Source: an uncultured delta proteobacterium | GTDB lineage: Bacteria; Myxococcota; Kuafuiibacteriia; Kuafuiibacteriales; Kuafuiibacteriaceae | Direction of reading: 5' to 3' | NCBI GenBank assembly: GCA_963803435.1 | Contig: CAWDML010000009.1 | Location: forward strand, 1,152,001-1,216,000 | Length of the DNA: 64,000 nucleotides | Part shown: positions 61,520 to 64,000 of the stretch, in pieces | Layout of the letters: every line of letters begins with the position of its first letter | How positions within the stretch are numbered: position 1 is the stretch's first letter | The notes under the pieces: model-generated | What the model was told of the DNA's origin: nothing | Seen by the model: only the letters and a program-made list of their open reading frames with translations | The model's database searches: none | Position numbers and translations under genes: made by a program

Positions 61520-63206
61520 GCCTCTTCTGCTCTCTCAGGATGGCGGCGGCCACCGCGATCCAGATCATCACCAGGACCAGGTTCGCGATGGAGAAGGCGC
61601 GTACGCTCCACACCAGCGCCTGCCCGGCGATCACCAGCAGCGTGGAGCCGACGTCGCCCAGGCGGACGAACAGCGTGTCGACCGCCTGCTTCGCCTTGTA
61701 TTTCATCTCCCGGGAGGTCGGGAGCCACAGCATCTGGCGGAGCGTGTTGTTGAGCGAGTAGTCCGTCGCGTTCTCGGCGATCTTGCCCACGCGGATGACC
61801 GGAAGCATGGGGAAGAGCGTGAAGGCGAGGGCGTCGGCCAGCGCGATCACCGGCAGGCAGAAGAACGAGAAGCCGAACCCGGCGTACTTCACGAGGCGGG
61901 AGACAACGAGCATCTGGAGCAGTACACCGAGCACGTTGACGTAGAAGTAGAAGCTGCCGTAGGCCGCCGAGATCACGTTCTTGGTGCAGGCCTTCTTCCA
62001 CTGCTCGTAGCCGTAGCTGGCCTCGTCGACGTGGATCCCGCGCGCCGAGAGCGCCGCGATCTTGCCTTCGGACTCGAGCTGCCGGTACAGGTCCTGGTCC
62101 ACCAGGAAATGCTTCACGCCGGCCTTCTCCAGGTCCTGGACGCGAGCGAGGAACGGCGCCGTCTCCTCGAAGGAGAGCGCGACCACGTCGCTGTGCTCAC
62201 CCGGGAGACGGATGCGGTCCTCATCGGCACCCTCGATGGTCTCGGCGGAGATGCCCTTCTTCGCGTAGTGGGACTCGACGGCGTAGCGCGCGGATTCGAT
62301 CCGCACCGCGGTCTTGGCGGTGTCGAGGTACTCGATGTCGCCGGTGGCCCCGGCGCGGGCCGCCGTCACCGCCTTGCTGGCGGCCTCACCGATCAAGCGG
62401 CCGACCAGGTACTCGCCGTTGGTGTTCACCACCGTGAAGACCAGCGAGAAGATGGCGATCAGCAGCAGGTACTTGTGCTTGAAGACCAGGGCATACGCGC
62501 CCTCCTTCGACATCTCGGGCTTGGGCTCCGGCTGCGCCTGCGTGTCGGGCGCATCGCTCGCGACCCGCTGCTCGCGGCGGGACTCTCGCACGTGGACCAC
62601 CTGCGAGAGGAACGCGCAGACGGAGAGCAGCGCCGCCGCCAGCAGCAGCATGGTGTAGACGCCGAGCGGCGCCGAGATCAGGTCGGCGATCTTGCTGCCC
62701 ACGGCCGCGCCCACCGACGCGCCCAGGCCCACCAGCGCGAAGAGGCGCTTGCCTTGCTCCTCGGTGTACACGTCGTTGGCGAAGGCCCAAAACTGCGCCA
62801 CCACCATCATGTTGAAGATGCCCACCCACACGAAGAAGATCAGCCCGAGGTACGCCTCCACGATCGGGATGGCGCGGAGCACGTAGAACAGGACCAGGTT
62901 CGAGGTGAAGAAGAGCGTCACGCCCACCACCAGGCGGTTGCGCGGCAGGCGGCTGGCGAGGCGGGAGTAGGCGGGGACGGCGAAGAGGAGGGCGAGCGCG
63001 ATGGCCGCGCCCATGTAGCTCTTGTACTCGGCGCCGCCTTTCATCACCAGGATCAGCGCCTCGCGGACCGGCTTGATCAGGTAGTACGCGGTCAAGAGGA
63101 GGAATACGTTCAAGGTGAGCAAGAGCGCGGTCGGTCCTTCGCCCGCCTTGACCTCGGTGATGACGCCGAGGGTCCGCTCGAGCAGGGACCGCCTTCTGTC
63201 CGCCAT
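61482..63206 (-). CDS. Npt/TLC-like (ATP/ADP translocase family) MFS transporter with large soluble insertion
   Basis: AYYLIKPVREALIL, QFWAFANDVY...GKRLF, ENATDYSLNNT and KYKAKQAVDTLFVRLGD motifs; about 12 TM helices. Confidence 0.82.
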   Translation of the reverse strand: MADRRRSLLERTLGVITEVKAGEGPTALLLTLNVFLLLTAYYLIKPVREALILVMKGGAEYKSYMGAAIALALLFAVPAYSRLASRLPRNRLVVGVTLFFTSNLVLFYVLRAIPIVEAYLGLIFFVWVGIFNMMVVAQFWAFANDVYTEEQGKRLFALVGLGASVGAAVGSKIADLISAPLGVYTMLLLAAALLSVCAFLSQVVHVRESRREQRVASDAPDTQAQPEPKPEMSKEGAYALVFKHKYLLLIAIFSLVFTVVNTNGEYLVGRLIGEAASKAVTAARAGATGDIEYLDTAKTAVRIESARYAVESHYAKKGISAETIEGADEDRIRLPGEHSDVVALSFEETAPFLARVQDLEKAGVKHFLVDQDLYRQLESEGKIAALSARGIHVDEASYGYEQWKKACTKNVISAAYGSFYFYVNVLGVLLQMLVVSRLVKYAGFGFSFFCLPVIALADALAFTLFPMLPVIRVGKIAENATDYSLNNTLRQMLWLPTSREMKYKAKQAVDTLFVRLGDVGSTLLVIAGQALVWSVRAFSIANLVLVMIWIAVAAAILREQKRLKAEAPAETPSR

Positions 63207-63221
63207 GCGGCGGCGACGTTG

Positions 63222-64000
63222 TCAGGGATCTTTCGTCGCCACAAGGGCGACAGCCGCGTCGCCGGCGAGGGCGCGACGATCGATCTTCCCGGTGCCGGTC
63301 CGGGGGAGCTGTCGCCGGATCACCACCGCCTCCGGGATCATGTATCGGGGGAGCTTGGCCGCCAGCCGTGCGTGCAGCACCGAGAGGTCGAGGCTCTCGG
63401 CCGCCTGCACGAACATCACTAGGAGATGGGAGAGCTCCTCGTGCGGGACCGGCACCACACAGACGGCGTCGACGCCCGCCATTCCCGCCGCCACTGACTC
63501 GACCTCGCCCAGCTCCACCCGGAAGCCGCGGCACTTGACGGCGGCGTCGGCGCGTCCCCGGAAGAGGAGGTCGCCCCGCTCGTCGAACGCGACCCGATCG
63601 CCGGTCTTGTAGACGATCTGGCGGCGCTCGGGCGCGTGCGGGTGCTGGACGAAGGCGGCGGCGGTCCGCTCGGGATCGTTCCAGTAGCCGCTGGCGACGG
63701 CCCCGCCGACGACGTAGAGCTCGCCCTCGAGGTTCGGCTCCTCGATCGGATCGCCGTCGTCGTCGAGCACCAGCACCGCGTAGTTGGGGAAGGGCCGGCC
63801 GATCGGAAGCACGTCCTCGGGGACCTCGCCGATCCGATGGTACGTGGAGGAGTTGGCCTCGGTCTGCCCGTAGACGTTGAGCAGCTCGGCGTGCGGCACC
63901 AGCGCCCGCAGCCGCGCCAGGTGCTTCAGCGGGAACGGCTCGCCCGCGAACATGATCAGGCGGAGCCGTGAGAGATCGCGGGTCTCCAGCCCGCCCTTCA
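63222..64000 (-). CDS. Amino-acid adenylation (NRPS A-domain/DltA-like) protein, partial (5' end outside window)
   Basis: FAGE, NVYGQTE, PIGRP, GELYV.G..VASGY, YKTGD, RGFRVELGEVE and LPRTGTGKIDR core motifs. Confidence 0.85.
   Translation of the reverse strand, partial: KGGLETRDLSRLRLIMFAGEPFPLKHLARLRALVPHAELLNVYGQTEANSSTYHRIGEVPEDVLPIGRPFPNYAVLVLDDDGDPIEEPNLEGELYVVGGAVASGYWNDPERTAAAFVQHPHAPERRQIVYKTGDRVAFDERGDLLFRGRADAAVKCRGFRVELGEVESVAAGMAGVDAVCVVPVPHEELSHLLVMFVQAAESLDLSVLHARLAAKLPRYMIPEAVVIRRQLPRTGTGKIDRRALAGDAAVALVATKDP

Noticed and set aside
59245-61761. 838-aa and 714-aa ORFs overlapping comEC
   Set aside because: Arg/Pro/Gly-rich off-frame translations of very GC-rich comEC.

Overview
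High-GC bacterial chromosomal segment, very probably Myxococcota. The evidence is an ECF/anti-sigma/FrzS-like cluster, a myxosortase-like CPBP protease, a MYXO-CTERM tail, a cdnL-cysS-uvrB-uvrC-DUF507 run and DAG-rich lipoprotein linkers. It carries about 50 genes, mostly housekeeping, envelope, signalling and respiration. I found no rRNA, tRNA, CRISPR array, transposase or prophage. Main points of interest: (1) a single 926-aa ORF joining a complete glutamyl-tRNA synthetase to a complete imidazolonepropionase (HutI); (2) two different, divergently oriented complex I gene sets, one with a NuoI carrying an extra RnfB-type Fe-S domain and a NuoH with a ~180-aa membrane insertion; (3) a CysRS with a CxxC...CxxC zinc ribbon inserted before its KMSKS motif; (4) several pseudo-enzymes or variant enzymes (trypsin fold, kinase fold, EF-G2, a D-x-E subtilase); (5) seven single-base frameshifts, six at GATC sites, most likely methylation-linked long-read errors rather than real pseudogenes; (6) many -10 boxes placed for leaderless mRNAs; (7) two structured intergenic repeat elements. 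All calls come from reading motifs by eye, with no database searches.
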